Shown in pieces: positions 41,648 to 42,462 of a stretch of 42,462 nt of DNA (within the stretch, counting starts at the first letter, position 1; each line of letters opens with the position of its first letter). Below the pieces are notes generated by a model. That model worked only from the letters and a program-made list of their open reading frames with translations. It had not been told where the DNA came from and searched no databases. The stretch comes from a virus, in the IMG/VR virus record IMGVR_UViG_3300027852_000076; one strand, given 5' to 3'. A program made the translations under genes and the position numbers.

Positions 41648-42142
41648 TTATGCGCCCGCTGTAGTGTTAGCGGATTCGATTCTAATTACAGATAATGCAC
41701 CGGCTGTCGCCGCAAATTCCCATTTAGCACCATCTAATTGTGTTTCACCGGCTACAGCCGCGCCAGCATCGATAATACCATCAGCATTTGCATATTTTAC
41801 CGGAGCACCTGCCACGCAGCCTGCAGGGCATACAGCCCAAATATAGCCGGTGCGAAGTAATGCTGCCGTTTCTTTCTCGGAATAGTTTATATCCCCAGTA
41901 TTAGCGGCACCTTCCCGATCAAGGGCTCGAACACTAATACCAAGGAAATCTGTCCCACCGAGAACAGCCTGTTTGTTGCTATCTGTCCCCCTGGAAACTG
42001 CTACACCAAAGCCAAAGCCCGCTACGCCTTCCACTCTGCGCGAAACAATGTCGTGTGGTGCTTGTGCATAAATTAATCCAGGGTATGCCGAGCCTAGATT
42101 TGTTTCATAACTTGTTTGTGCGCTCATTTTAAGCTGCTCCAT
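41648..42142 (-). CDS. Head decoration/cement-like protein (DUF2190-like)
   Basis: 164 aa, Gly/Ala-rich beta protein (GFGFGVAVSRG...LGISVRALD...GYIWAVCPAGCVAGAPV), located between the scaffold and capsid genes. Confidence 0.55.
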   Translation of the reverse strand: MEQLKMSAQTSYETNLGSAYPGLIYAQAPHDIVSRRVEGVAGFGFGVAVSRGTDSNKQAVLGGTDFLGISVRALDREGAANTGDINYSEKETAALLRTGYIWAVCPAGCVAGAPVKYANADGIIDAGAAVAGETQLDGAKWEFAATAGALSVIRIESANTTAGA

Positions 42143-42183
42143 TGTTTAAAATTAAACGGAAAAGATTTAATCAGAAAGTGCTA

Positions 42184-42462
42184 TTAACCCGCCTTTGTGT
42201 CGGTTTTCCATGCATCGCGGCTGTCCGCCATCATTTTTTCACGAGCCACTACATCCATGGGACGTGAATCCCCATCCTGTTTAGTAACCTTGACTGTTTT
42301 TCGTAGTGCTTCATCAAGTACGCCGCCCGAGCTATCTTGGCTACCCTGTTGGGCATCCTCCAGCAAGGTATCAAAACGAGCCGTAATATAATCAGCAGAT
42401 GCCGAATCCATTTGAACATTAGGGCATAAGGTGGAAACTACTTCACTTTTGATGGCTGCGGA
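42184..42462 (-). CDS. C-terminal part of the DUF2213 protease/scaffold gene that starts at 909 and crosses the circular junction
   Basis: Frame continuity was checked. Position 42462 corresponds to position 24, the first base of a codon, and 42462-42411 is divisible by 3. The stop is at 42184-42186. Confidence 0.8.
   Translation of the reverse strand, partial: SAAIKSEVVSTLCPNVQMDSASADYITARFDTLLEDAQQGSQDSSGGVLDEALRKTVKVTKQDGDSRPMDVVAREKMMADSRDAWKTDTKAG
42439..42462. repeat. Second copy of the 24-bp terminal direct repeat
   Basis: Identical to bases 1-24. Confidence 0.9.

Noticed and set aside
1-42462. Search for lysogeny or mobile-element functions (integrase, excisionase, transposase, partition genes) and for tRNA or rRNA genes
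   Set aside because: None of the ORFs shows the relevant motifs. The only regulator is a Cro/YdaS-like HTH protein, so there is no evidence here for a temperate lifestyle or an inserted mobile element.

Overview
The window is a complete, circularly closed tailed-phage genome. Bases 1-24 are identical to 42439-42462, leaving about 42,438 unique bp, and one minus-strand gene reads in frame across the junction. I saw no tRNA, rRNA, CRISPR array, integrase or transposase.

The genome has two divergent arms that start in a control region at about 14.29-14.58 kb and meet tail-to-tail at 26.97-27.00 kb.

- **Rightward (+) arm, 14.5-27.0 kb:** a replication and recombination module. It holds an acidic protein, a Cas4-like DUF2800 nuclease, a DUF2815-type ssDNA-binding protein, an AP2-like DNA-binding protein, about 10 small ORFans, dCTP deaminase, a compact B-family-like DNA polymerase, a VRR-NUC nuclease and an SNF2 helicase.
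- **Leftward (-) arm:** a Cro/YdaS-like HTH gene, a 1023-aa Prim-Pol/PriCT-2/SF3 primase-helicase, a DEDDh exonuclease, three membrane or secreted proteins and an accessory fibre locus. It continues with small and large terminase, portal, Mu-F-like head protein, DUF2213 protease-scaffold (wraps the junction), decoration protein, DUF2184-type capsid and connectors. It ends with a contractile-tail module (sheath, tube, chaperone with -1 frameshift, tape measure, baseplate, tail fibre), holin and M15 endolysin.

I found no recognisable new multi-gene system. The most unusual items are:
- a fibre-like gene that is about 63% a mosaic 27/57-bp tandem array;
- a large terminase split into two overlapping ORFs;
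- an 11-bp palindrome-containing motif present three times in early control regions;
- a non-coding 15-bp array next to an orphan Shine-Dalgarno sequence;
- 53-bp direct repeats bracketing a micro-gene;
- a 559-bp AT-rich gap with no gene.

All family names come from motifs I read in the translations. No database search was run.
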